Assembly (NCBI GenBank): GCA_028720145.1
Contig: JAQYLJ010000067.1
Coordinates: 27,890-91,889, forward strand
DNA length: 64,000 nt
Direction of reading: 5' to 3'
Origin: Clostridia bacterium
Lineage (GTDB): Bacteria > Bacillota > Clostridia > Oscillospirales > CAG-272
The notes below the pieces were generated by a model that was not told where the DNA came from, ran no database searches, and was given only the letters and a program-made list of their open reading frames with translations. A program made the translations under genes and the position numbers. This document shows, piece after piece, positions 37,194-46,200 of this stretch (the stretch's first letter is position 1; each line of letters opens with the position of its first letter).

Positions 37194-37220
37194 TTAGCAC
37201 TCTCAAAGATAGAGTGCTAA
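37194..37220 (+). promoter_or_regulatory. CIRCE operator (HrcA binding site)
   Basis: TTAGCACTC-tcaaagata-GAGTGCTAA is a perfect match to the CIRCE consensus TTAGCACTC-N9-GAGTGCTAA. It lies 200 nt upstream of the hsp20 ATG. Confidence 0.85.
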
Positions 37221-37419
37221 CATTTACAATTTGTTCATATAAAACACACACACTTTGTGATTTCCGAAACTAGAATACAGGTGAAAAGAAAATGAAGGAG
37301 ATGATAGCAATGTGCTATGAAAACTTCTCCGACCGATGCGGTCGCCCCTCAGTCGGAGCCGACAAATAATGTGCGGGCGACAACAATCAATATTGGATTA
37401 AATTTTGGAGGTATCTATT

Positions 37420-37875
37420 ATGTTTGAAGTCATTTCTCGTAAGAATCATCCTGTTTCCGCGTATAATCCTTTCCGTGAGATGGAGGAGTTTGAAAGAAAC
37501 TTCTTCGGGAATCCCATCGGCGCCTTCTTCGGGTCGAAAGACCTCGCCGAGTTCAAGACCGATGTGACCGATGAGGGGGATTATTACCTCTTGGAAGCGG
37601 ATCTCCCCGGCTTTGATAAGAAAGATATCCATCTGGATATCAACGGCGATACGCTGACGGTATCCGCCGAGAGACATTCCAAGGTGGAGGACAAAGACAA
37701 GAAGGATAAGGTCTTGCGCGTGGAGCGTTCCTACGGTTCCTACACCCGCACCTTTGATCTCACCGGCATTGATGCAAATGACATTTCGGCGAAGTACGAA
37801 AACGGCGTTTTGACGCTTCGGTTGCCGAAAAAACTTGAAATCGTGCCGGAAAGCAGACGGCTCGAAATCGAGTGA
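37420..37875 (+). CDS. Hsp20/alpha-crystallin family small heat-shock protein
   Basis: ACD pattern: FKTDVTDEGDYYLLEADLPGFDKKDIHLDINGDTLTVSAE...RSYGSYTRTFDL...ISAKYENGVLTLRLPK. GGAGGT RBS 8 nt upstream, and its own hairpin/T-run terminator. Confidence 0.92.
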   Translation: MFEVISRKNHPVSAYNPFREMEEFERNFFGNPIGAFFGSKDLAEFKTDVTDEGDYYLLEADLPGFDKKDIHLDINGDTLTVSAERHSKVEDKDKKDKVLRVERSYGSYTRTFDLTGIDANDISAKYENGVLTLRLPKKLEIVPESRRLEIE

Positions 37876-37888
37876 TCTATTTCCATCG

Positions 37889-37918
37889 GGCGGCGAGCAA
37901 TCTCGCCGTCCTTTTTTT
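37889..37918 (+). terminator. intrinsic terminator after hsp20
   Basis: GGCGGCGAG-caat-CTCGCCGTC, followed by TTTTTTT. Confidence 0.75.
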
Positions 37919-37945
37919 CGCGGGAAAATCCCCAAAAGAGAAAAC

Positions 37946-37995
37946 AAAAAAGAGCAACCTTTCGCCCAAAGAGGAGGGGCAGGGTGCTCTTTTTC
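37946..37995 (-). terminator. probable terminator of the XRE regulator gene
   Basis: AAAAAGAGCA…TGCTCTTTTT 10-bp stem with a long structured loop. On the minus strand a T-run follows. Confidence 0.5.
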
Positions 37996-38023
37996 TATTG
38001 TCGGCTCGGTCAAAGGGGAGTGG

Positions 38024-38302
38024 CTACGACAACAGTTTTTTTAATTGCTCCAAACGGTCGATGGTCTCGTCAATCAGGGCGATTCGCTCGGCGGAGCCCG
38101 AGAGGTTCAGCGAGGTGCGTCCGACCAAATAATCAATCGTGACCCCGAAGAAGTCCGCGAGCCGAATCAACGCATCGCTGTCGGGATTGGTCTTTCCTGT
38201 CTCATAGTTGGAGATGGTGCGCTGGTCGATTCCCGTCGCCTTGGCAAGGTCGCTCTGCCGCAGGTCTTGGTCTTCCCGCAAGTCCCGAATCCGATTCTTC
38301 AT
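38024..38302 (-). CDS. XRE-family helix-turn-helix transcriptional regulator
   Basis: IRDLREDQDLRQSDLAKATGIDQRTISNYETGKTNPDSDALIRLADFFGVTIDYLVG is a Cro/C1 HTH_3 pattern. AAGGAG RBS. Divergent from the LRR gene. Confidence 0.88.
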   Translation of the reverse strand: MKNRIRDLREDQDLRQSDLAKATGIDQRTISNYETGKTNPDSDALIRLADFFGVTIDYLVGRTSLNLSGSAERIALIDETIDRLEQLKKLLS

Positions 38303-38359
38303 ACACGCTCTCCTTACCAAGTTTTTGACTATTATAGCAAATGAATAGAAAAACAATAC

Positions 38360-38412
38360 TTGGCAAGAAAGAATTTTATTATATAATTTGTATATACCAA
38401 TAATTTGGTATA
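38360..38412 (+). promoter_or_regulatory. promoter of the LRR lipoprotein gene plus a palindromic operator candidate
   Basis: TTGGCA-16-TATAAT (38360-38387), followed by the perfect palindrome TATACCAA-taat-TTGGTATA (38393-38412). It sits in the divergent region shared with the XRE regulator. Confidence 0.5.
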
Positions 38413-38434
38413 CAATTCAATCTTTTGGAGGATT

Positions 38435-39592
38435 ATGATGAAAAAGAGCATTTTCAGACTGACGACAATTCTATTACTGTGCGCGCTCTGTGCGTTACTT
38501 CTGGCCTTTTCCGGATGCGAGGACGAATCAACGAGTGATTCAAGAATACCAAGCACCTCGGACACATCCGGTACAACGAAAAAACCATCAAATAGCGGAA
38601 GCTCTAATACGGCCGACAAACCATCAAATAGCGGAAGTTCCGATACGACCGACAAACCATCGAACAGCGGAAGTTCCAATACGACCGAGAAACCATCGAA
38701 TGAAGAGTCATCCTTCTTCATCATGACGGGTCAGACATTGTCCGGGCTGACAGATGCGGGGAAAAAGCAAACTTCCATTGTAATACCAAGTAAAATCGAC
38801 GGAGTAACGGTTACGGCAATCGGAAGATCGGTATTTCAATACTGCTATTACTTAACCTCGGTTTCCATTCCGAGTAGTGTGACAAGTATTGGAAACTACG
38901 CGTTTTTTCATTGTGAATCACTAAAATCAATTGCAGTTCCAAGTAGCGTAAAGACGATTGGAGAAGACGCATTTTCTTTTTGTTCGGCAATGACATCAAT
39001 AACATTAGTGAACGGAGTCACCGGTATTGGTGAGAGAGCATTCTCTGGATGCAGCAGTCTGAAATCTGTTACCATTCCCGACAGCGTGACCAACATAGGG
39101 GGGAGTGCTTTTTATGGGTGTACCGCAATCAAGCAGGCAACAATGCCAACGATTGCGATTTCCAGTGTTCCGAAAGATTAATTAGAGACGGTGGTACTGA
39201 ATGGCGGGTCAAGCATCCCCAACTTCGCATTTCAATATTGCAGTACATTGAAATCAGTACAAATCCCCGGCACCGTGACGAGCATCGGCATGTTCGCGTT
39301 TGACTATTGCAAAGGATTGACCTCCGTGACCATTCCCGACAGCGTAACAGAAATCGGTGCACACGCGTTCTTTAATTGTTTCGGTCTCACAAGCGTGAAG
39401 ATCGGAAAAGGCGTGAAGAGTATTGGAGGTTACGCATTTAGCGGTTGTAGCAAATTGACATCCGTAACCTTTGCTAACCCGACTGGATGGAAAGCAGGGG
39501 GTACAGCAATGGATGTCAGTGATCCGGCAAAGGCGGCGGCGTATCTGGTTCCCGGATATCCGTATGGGAGCTATGAATGGACTCGCGGATAA
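38435..39592 (+). pseudogene. BspA-type leucine-rich-repeat (LRR_5-like) lipoprotein gene interrupted by an in-frame TAA at 39179-39181
   Basis: Signal peptide plus lipobox (LLCALCALLLAFSGC), then 3.6 tandem copies of KPSNSGSSNT(A/T)(D/E), then LRR units (SVTSIGNYAFFHCESLKSI...). ORFs 38405-39181 and 39191-39592 are in the same frame. The repeat pattern continues straight across the stop (…ISSVPKD*LETVVLNGGSSIPNFAFQYCSTLKSV…). Confidence 0.7.
38582..38713 (+). repeat. 36-bp coding tandem repeat (about 3.6 copies; KPSNSGSSNTAD units) in the LRR lipoprotein linker
   Basis: The units are 38582-38617, 38618-38653 and 38654-38689, plus a partial fourth. Confidence 0.85.
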
Positions 39593-39633
39593 ATCCACAG
39601 TATATTGGAGTATATAGAAAAGAGGAACAACAA

Positions 39634-40143
39634 ATGCAAAACAATCGGTTTTCGGTACAAATAGGAGACGACACTTTCGAGGTGCTCCATGACAGGGAGA
39701 ATGTAAAATTGCGGTATGAGCAGCCCTTTCATATGCTGAAAATCAGTTGTCGGTTCCTCGATGAAGTGCGGGACAATGTCGGTTTGGATTTCCACTATGA
39801 AATCCATTTCGGCGCACGGGACAGTTTCGTCCGACTCTGTTGTCATCTCCATCCGTATGAGTCATACAAGAGTCTCACGCCGAAACAAGTGAAAGATCAA
39901 CTGACAAGCGCGGGGAAGAGCCACCTGCTCGAGCTGCGTGAAACCCTCGCCGAGAAGTTCAAAACGGCATTCGCAGGTTACGATCATGTAATTTTTGCCG
40001 CAAAAACGAAGAATTATCTCGGGCTGATTCGCCGCCCCATTTGCTGTGACGATTTTGACAGAGCGGTCTGTGAGAGCAAGACCTTTCTCTGTGAGACATG
40101 GGAGAAGGCAAAGCCGATTATTCGGGCAGTGTGCTTGTCTTAA
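39634..40143 (+). CDS. hypothetical Cys-rich protein
   Basis: 169-aa ORF with an AAAGAGGA RBS 8 nt upstream, followed by a strong terminator. No recognisable motifs. Confidence 0.5.
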   Translation: MQNNRFSVQIGDDTFEVLHDRENVKLRYEQPFHMLKISCRFLDEVRDNVGLDFHYEIHFGARDSFVRLCCHLHPYESYKSLTPKQVKDQLTSAGKSHLLELRETLAEKFKTAFAGYDHVIFAAKTKNYLGLIRRPICCDDFDRAVCESKTFLCETWEKAKPIIRAVCLS

Positions 40144-40172
40144 CTCATTCTTTCTGCACTTTTTGAGAGCGC

Positions 40173-40219
40173 GGGGAGAGACTGCGAGGAACAGTCTCTC
40201 CCCCGTTTTCGTTCTTTCC
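40173..40219 (+). terminator. intrinsic terminator after the 39634-40143 gene
   Basis: GGGGAGAGACTG-cgaggaa-CAGTCTCTCCCC (12 bp perfect), followed by GTTTTCGTTCTTT. Confidence 0.8.
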
Positions 40220-40235
40220 CTTAGGCGCGCGAGGG

Positions 40236-40264
40236 TTGAAAACCCGCAGGGATTGTTGTAAAAT
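40236..40264 (+). promoter_or_regulatory. promoter of the HK-RR operon (about 185-nt leader)
   Basis: TTGAAA-17-TAAAAT. It is embedded in a 46-nt block repeated at 50658-50704. Confidence 0.55.
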
Positions 40265-40449
40265 GAAGAAAAGAAAGCGTCCGCACGCGCGGGGGAGAAC
40301 CGCGCGGGCACCACGCGGGAACCACGCGGGAGCGAGCAAAAACACGCTGCGGCGAGCAAAAACTCGCGGCATCAAGCGGAAACTGCGGGCGAACAAGCGG
40401 GCGCGACCGACCGTCGGGCGGTGCTTCGGGCAAAACGGGAGAGGGAAAC

Positions 40450-42237
40450 ATGGAAAAGAAATCTGTACTCGCGAAAGTATCGACGATTGCCGCCGTGGTG
40501 GTCGGGTGTACGTTCATCGCGTTCCTGATCTTCATGTTCGCGGCAAACAGCATCGAGATCTTCGCGTCCAGACCGAACGGGGGTTATCGGACGGTCGAGG
40601 ACTACACGCGCACGGATATCGAGACAGAGACCGCGCCCGCGGGGGTCGTGACCGAATACCGCTTCCCCGTCGGAGATACGGTCGACCCCGACGCGCATCT
40701 CGCGTTCTATACGACCCATCAGTACACCGAAGTCCTCATCGGCGGAGAGACGGTCTATCGCCTGACCGCCTCGGAGAACAGCATCACAAAAACGACTGGG
40801 AGCAACTGGGTGATGATCCCCCTGTCCGCCGCCGACGCGGGCAAAGAGGTGACCGTCCGCATCACGCCCGTCTATCGGGACTTTATCAGCAGAAAGACCG
40901 AGTTCCTGCTCGGGAGCGACCTCGCCATCTATGCCGCACGGCTCATGCACGACCTCCCCGAACTGATTTTGAGTATGCTCGCAGTCTTCATCGGCGCGGT
41001 CTTTGTCGTCATCGGGCTATGGAACCTCTTGCGGCGGAAACAGGGCAAGGCGCTCACCCTGCTCGGGATGTTCTCGGTCATGGTGGGACTGTGGCGTTTG
41101 ACCGATACGCGCTTCACGCCGTTCCTCTTTCCCGAACGCCCCGTCTTCGTCTTCTATTTCTCCATCGCGATGCTCATGCTCGGGATTGTCCCGCTGATGA
41201 AGTCGCTCGGGCATCGGTATCACAGTATGTCGAGCAAAATCGTCTTCAACACTTGTTGTATCGGCATTGTGGGGGTCAGTCTCCTACAACTGATTCTGCA
41301 AATCACGGGCGTGATGGATATTCGGGAAAACCTGTTCCTCACGCATATCATGGTCGTCATCGGCGCGATTGCCATCCTCGTCAACTCGATTTATTATAAT
41401 TATAAGTGGAAGAATCGCGGGGACGACGGGAACCGCATCATCAGTTTTCTGCCGTTTGTCTGCGTCGTGGGTGCCATCGCCGATTTGGCGGCGTTCTATA
41501 TCAAAGGGAACTCGGCGGGGCTGGTCTTCACTCTGGCGGCATTCGTCCTCTATACCGTCATCTCGGGGATTCGGATGCTGCTCGATTACGGGGAGCGCGG
41601 CAGACGGCTCGCCGAACAGGAGAAAGAACTTCTAAAAAGCCGTATCGCCATCATGCTCTCGCAAATCAAGCCGCATTTTCTCTACAATTCGCTCAGCTCC
41701 ATAGGCGAGCTCTGTATGGTCGACCCCGCACAGGCGCGGGACGCGCTGACCGACTTCTCCGCCTATCTGCGGAGCAACATGGATTTCATCGACACGAAGG
41801 AATGCGTGCATTTCTCGAATGAACTCAAACACATCGAGACCTATCTGAAACTCGAAAAGATGCGGTTCGGAGACCGTCTGCAAGTCGTGTACGACATACG
41901 GGAGGACAATTTCTTTCTGCCGCCTCTGACGGTCCAACCCCTGGTGGAGAACGCGGTCAAGCACGGCATCTGCGCCAAGCCCGAGGGCGGGACCATCACG
42001 CTCGCCACGCGGCGCGAGGGGGAGCAAATCGTCATCACGGTCTCGGACGACGGTGCCGGATTCGACGAGCGGGAAACCGACGGGAAAGAGGAACGCTCGC
42101 ATATCGGTCTCGCGAATATCAAGAAGCGTTTGGAACTCATGATGGGTGCGACCTTGACCGTCCACAGCGAAAAAGGGGTCGGGACGGTCGTCACGGTGAT
42201 ACTGAACACAAATACTGCGGGGGAGACGGAAGCATGA
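40450..42237 (+). CDS. sensor histidine kinase, LytS/His_kinase(PF06580)-type core with N-terminal extracellular domain + 7TM (7TMR-DISM-like) sensor
   Basis: TM1, then a roughly 150-aa extracytoplasmic segment, then seven further hydrophobic helices. The H-box is QIKPHFLYNSLSSI and the GHKL ATPase shows PPLTVQPLVENAVKHG and DDGAGF...GIGLANIKKRL. Confidence 0.85.
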   Translation: MEKKSVLAKVSTIAAVVVGCTFIAFLIFMFAANSIEIFASRPNGGYRTVEDYTRTDIETETAPAGVVTEYRFPVGDTVDPDAHLAFYTTHQYTEVLIGGETVYRLTASENSITKTTGSNWVMIPLSAADAGKEVTVRITPVYRDFISRKTEFLLGSDLAIYAARLMHDLPELILSMLAVFIGAVFVVIGLWNLLRRKQGKALTLLGMFSVMVGLWRLTDTRFTPFLFPERPVFVFYFSIAMLMLGIVPLMKSLGHRYHSMSSKIVFNTCCIGIVGVSLLQLILQITGVMDIRENLFLTHIMVVIGAIAILVNSIYYNYKWKNRGDDGNRIISFLPFVCVVGAIADLAAFYIKGNSAGLVFTLAAFVLYTVISGIRMLLDYGERGRRLAEQEKELLKSRIAIMLSQIKPHFLYNSLSSIGELCMVDPAQARDALTDFSAYLRSNMDFIDTKECVHFSNELKHIETYLKLEKMRFGDRLQVVYDIREDNFFLPPLTVQPLVENAVKHGICAKPEGGTITLATRREGEQIVITVSDDGAGFDERETDGKEERSHIGLANIKKRLELMMGATLTVHSEKGVGTVVTVILNTNTAGETEA

Positions 42238-43049
42238 ACATATTGGCGCTGGACGACGAGAATCTCGCGCTCGCGGGACTGATGCGGGAGATCGGGACTC
42301 TGTTCCCCGACGCGCACACGGTCGGCTGTCAGAACGCGGAGGAAGCCATGCGGTACGCGAAGCAACTGACCGAGGCGGGCGAGACGCTCGACTATGCCTT
42401 CTGCGATATTGAACTGCCGGGGATCAGCGGACTGGAAGTCGCGAAAATGCTGAAAACCTATTTCCCGAAACTCAAACTGTTTTTCTGCACCGCATACAGT
42501 CAGTTCGCCATCAACGCCTTCGGAATGAAAGCGAAAGGATATCTGTTAAAGCCGATTCGGGCGAAAGACATCGCCGAGGTGCTCGACGAAATGGTCTCCG
42601 ACTGGAAGAGCGAGCCGAGCACGCTGAAAAAAGATATTCGGGTACAGACCTTCGGGGACTTCGAGGTGTTTCTTAACGGGAAACCCCTGCATTTCGAGCG
42701 CGCCAAAGCCAAGGAACTCCTCGCCTACCTCGTCGATAGAAAGGGTGCGGGGGTCACGACCGAGCGGATCGCCGCGGTGTTGTTCTCTGACGAGAACTAC
42801 GGGAAAAAACTCAAAAATACCGTGACGAGGACCGTCTCTTTCCTGAAAGCCGATCTCATCGCGGCGGGGATCGGGGATATTCTCGTCAAGTCGTGGAACC
42901 AGTTGGCGATTGACACGAGCAAAATCAAGTGCGACGCTTACGACTACGAGCGGGGGGATGTCGCGGCGGTCAACGCCTATCGGGGCGAATATATGTTCGG
43001 TTATGAGTGGGCGGAGTTCTCGGTCGGTCGGTTTGACAAGAATCGGTAA
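42234..43049 (+). CDS. response regulator: REC + winged-helix/BTAD-like (SARP/SAPR-type) output domain
   Basis: REC motifs (ILALDDE; FCDIELPGISG; GYLLKP). The output domain starts VQTFGDFEVFLNGKPLHFERAKAKELLAYLVDRKG, the SARP/OmpR-type wHTH pattern. ATGA overlap with the kinase gene. Confidence 0.8.
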   Translation: MNILALDDENLALAGLMREIGTLFPDAHTVGCQNAEEAMRYAKQLTEAGETLDYAFCDIELPGISGLEVAKMLKTYFPKLKLFFCTAYSQFAINAFGMKAKGYLLKPIRAKDIAEVLDEMVSDWKSEPSTLKKDIRVQTFGDFEVFLNGKPLHFERAKAKELLAYLVDRKGAGVTTERIAAVLFSDENYGKKLKNTVTRTVSFLKADLIAAGIGDILVKSWNQLAIDTSKIKCDAYDYERGDVAAVNAYRGEYMFGYEWAEFSVGRFDKNR

Positions 43050-43066
43050 TAATGTTAAAAAATCAT

Positions 43067-43097
43067 AAAAAGCAGGGGCGTTATTCCCCTGCTTTTT
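43067..43097 (+). terminator. intrinsic terminator after the response-regulator gene
   Basis: AAAAAGCAGGGG-cgttatt-CCCCTGCTTTTT. Confidence 0.8.
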
Positions 43098-43138
43098 ATA
43101 TATTTAGACGAAAAAAATACAAAAAATGTTGAAAAATG

Positions 43139-43170
43139 TCGTCCTTTCGTCGTCCTTTGTGATGGATAAT
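43139..43170 (+). promoter_or_regulatory. activator-dependent-type promoter of the giant surface-protein gene: two TCGTCCT heptamers + -10 GATAAT, no -35
   Basis: TCGTCCT (43139-43145) and TCGTCCT (43150-43156) repeat with an 11-nt period. An 8-nt gap (ttgtgatg) then precedes GATAAT (43165-43170). No TTGACA-like hexamer is present. Confidence 0.5.
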
Positions 43171-43231
43171 GAGAGGGAATTCTTATCAATTCATGTAATT
43201 CTTATCAATTATCTATTCGGAGGAATGAATC

Positions 43232-46200
43232 ATGATTGCAAAAACAAACGGAAAATGGAAAGGCATCCTCGGCATGACGCTCATGCTCGCCTGCGTGCTA
43301 TGCCTGACCTTGGTATTGGTGTTTCTGGTACCCGGGACGAAGGCGAGCGCGGCTGCGCCTGTCCGACCGGATGGCAGTTTCACCAATATCAGCAATAGTT
43401 ACGACGCTACAAACTATATGAGTAATGTGTACGGCGGCGAGTATAATTACCTATTGACCGAAGACGGTATTCAGATGAATGCCAATATGGTCATAGCAGA
43501 CCACGCTGTCGTCAACCTGTGCCTGAATGGGCATGATTTGAATTTCGCGTCGGGATATAACATTCAAATCATCGACGGCGTTCTGAATATCTTTGACAGC
43601 GGCAGCGTCAAATCGTTATACGGCGTAGATACCGGAGAGGGTACGGGTGAGGGCACCGAGTTGCTTCCCGTGTTTATCAACGGGTATAACGGTACGCTCA
43701 ATGTCGTCGGCAGCACGGTAGATTCGCTGGGCCCCGTTACGGTCGGCATCTACGGCAGCGTCGGCGTATATGGCGGCGGTAAAATTATCAACAGTTCGCT
43801 CGGCGAGTCCGAAAGCCCCACGGTTAGCAAAGGGATTGCAATCAGTCTTTCGTCCGGCGCCGGCAATCTGACTCTTTCGGACGGGGCAACAATCGGCTAT
43901 TTGTGCGGCGGCGGCACGATCAATGCAAACGGCTATGGGGGCACGGTCAATATTCTGCCGCACGGCGTCTCCACTTTCAAAAATATTTCCGCAGAGAATA
44001 TCAATATGATAGACTCCTCCGGCAATTATTTTATGGAAACGAGCGGCGACGACATTGTGATTACAGCCAATGTAACCTATACGGTCGTTCTGAAAAATGC
44101 CAAACTTGACGAGAGATTCTACGAGACTTCTTTGCTCACGGCCGAGGGCTCGGGCGTTGTGATCACCGAAAACGAATATAACGGCTATAATATCGTACAG
44201 TCGTTTAAGGCAGGCACCGGCACATTCAAGGAATTGATCGTAACGGTAAAAGACGGATACCTTCTGCCCGCGTACTTTGAAGAACAGGCAGGGATTGAAG
44301 ACCCGTATGTATTGGCGTCCGGCTATCAGGGTTTGAAGTTGACCCGCAGCGGGAACTCTTTGTATGTCCGTTGCTCGAATTGGACCGGCGATACGGATAT
44401 AACGGTCAGCGTAGCCGGAACCGAACCTGCCGAAGGCGATGTCGTGTGCGACGGTATCAAGTTTACCACGCCCATCAATCAGTCAGGGGCATGCACCCAG
44501 GGCAGTGGATATGCGGGCGATTGGGGTTCTTCTTATACGGGTCCGGACGGTTCGTTTTCGATACTCAACATGTGCGTCACCTCGACAATGAGTCTCTATC
44601 TGGAAGAAGATGTCGTGATGTTTACGCACGGAAGTATCGGTTCGTCCGGCGATTATACGGCAGAGTATCCTCCCGAGAACATCACGGTAGACCTGTATCT
44701 CAACGGGCATACGCTCACACTGTACGGTTCGGGTGGTGACTCGGCAGGTATCACGGTCTATCCCAATGCGTCATTCAATATTTATGACAGCGCAGCCGGA
44801 ACCGGCAAGATCGTTTTGGAATCGCAAGACGATTCGCAGTATGATTCCGGATTGCTTGATAATCTTTGCGTGCTGGCTGTAAAGGGCGGTACGGTCAATC
44901 TGTACGGCGGTACGCTTTCGGGTTATTTTGAAGCGGTACGATTGGAGCCCTCTGCCAAATATACCCAGACCACCTCGCAGGACGAACTGGGGAATACGAT
45001 TACCACCAAAAAATACAGCACGACCACATTCAGAATGTTCGGCGGAGAACTCAACATTAAGTACACGAAGTATGCAGTCAATATCGTAGCGGCGCTGTAT
45101 GCATCGCAGGATATCACCTATGAGGAAAATGTTATACACAATTTCGCCGCGCACGACATTAAGATTTACGGCGACAGCAAACTGACCGGCGTGATTTCGA
45201 CCACGCAAGATACCGACCTCAACTTCGACGCATACGGTTTCACCGGCGATGCGATCAGCATTCGGGCAAACAAGGCAAGAGAAGGCGAAGTGCTTTGCCG
45301 CCATACGACTGCGAATAAAATCAATTTCGTAAACAAGGGCTTCACCGCCATTGACGACGAAGTGAATGAGGGGAATGTCATCGTGAAGCCCGCGATGGAA
45401 ATCAGTCTCATCCCGGACGAGCACAGCGTGTTCTCCAACGGCTCGGAAAGCGGTATCACCTCGTTCGGCGCTTTGCAGGGGAAGACGCTCGCAGAGGCGG
45501 GACTCCAACTCGTAGCCGACGCCGGATATGAGGCGAAAGAGTACATTTATCAGGCGATCATCGTCGGCGTTGCCGCAGGCGACGACTTCACGGTTCTCCT
45601 GCTCAGCGACGGCTCACTCTGGGCTTGCGGCGGGAACGAATTCGGTCAACTCGGCAACAAGTCTTTCGAGGGTTCCTCCGCTTTCATCCCCATGCAGACC
45701 GAAAGCGGCGCGATTAAGGGCGTCTCGGCAGTCTATGCCAAAGGTCAGATGGTAGTTGCGCGCATGAACGATCAATCTACGATGGCTTGCGGCGACAACA
45801 CCTACGGACAACTCGGCGTGAACAGCACCGAAACGAAGGTCAACTACTTTATGCCTATGGTAGATGCCGAAGGAAAAACGCTTTCCAATGTTGTAAATGT
45901 TTACATGGGTGGCAACCACACCTTCGTACAGAATTTCAACTCGGATACGAGGATATATGATCTCTACGCCTGCGGTAAAAACGACCACGGACAATTAGGT
46001 ATCGGCTCGACGGAAGACAAAAACATTTTAATCAAGGTCACCGTGAGCGAAGGTATTACCGATTATTTCAGTGTCGAGTGCGGCGTGGATTTCACCGTCT
46101 TCAATACATATTGGAACCACAGTTTTATTACCTTTATGGCGGGTAACGGTGCTTTCCTCAGTACCCTGAACGGACATATCTATTCGAGCGGGGATTGGAA

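Noticed and set aside
37292-37369. 25-codon ORF (MKEMIAMCYENFSDRCGRPSVGADK) between CIRCE and hsp20
   Set aside because: It is too short to support from sequence alone and has only a weak AGGTGA RBS. It is mentioned under the CIRCE finding as a possibility only.
40265-40449. T-poor, purine/CA-rich leaders with reiterated GCGGG motifs (also 50700-50822), considered as an RNA-binding-protein site array
   Set aside because: Similar GAAAAG/GCGCGAAAAG purine-rich tracts occur in several unrelated intergenic regions (32470-32640, 16250-16310, 16600-16750). This looks like a general compositional habit of this genome's non-coding DNA rather than a specific signal.
40236-41399. 387-aa highly basic ORF starting MKTRRDCCKMKKRKRPHARGRTARAP
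   Set aside because: The ORF begins within the predicted promoter elements, so it starts upstream of the predicted transcription start. It runs out of frame through the kinase gene. Its basic composition reflects the purine-rich leader.
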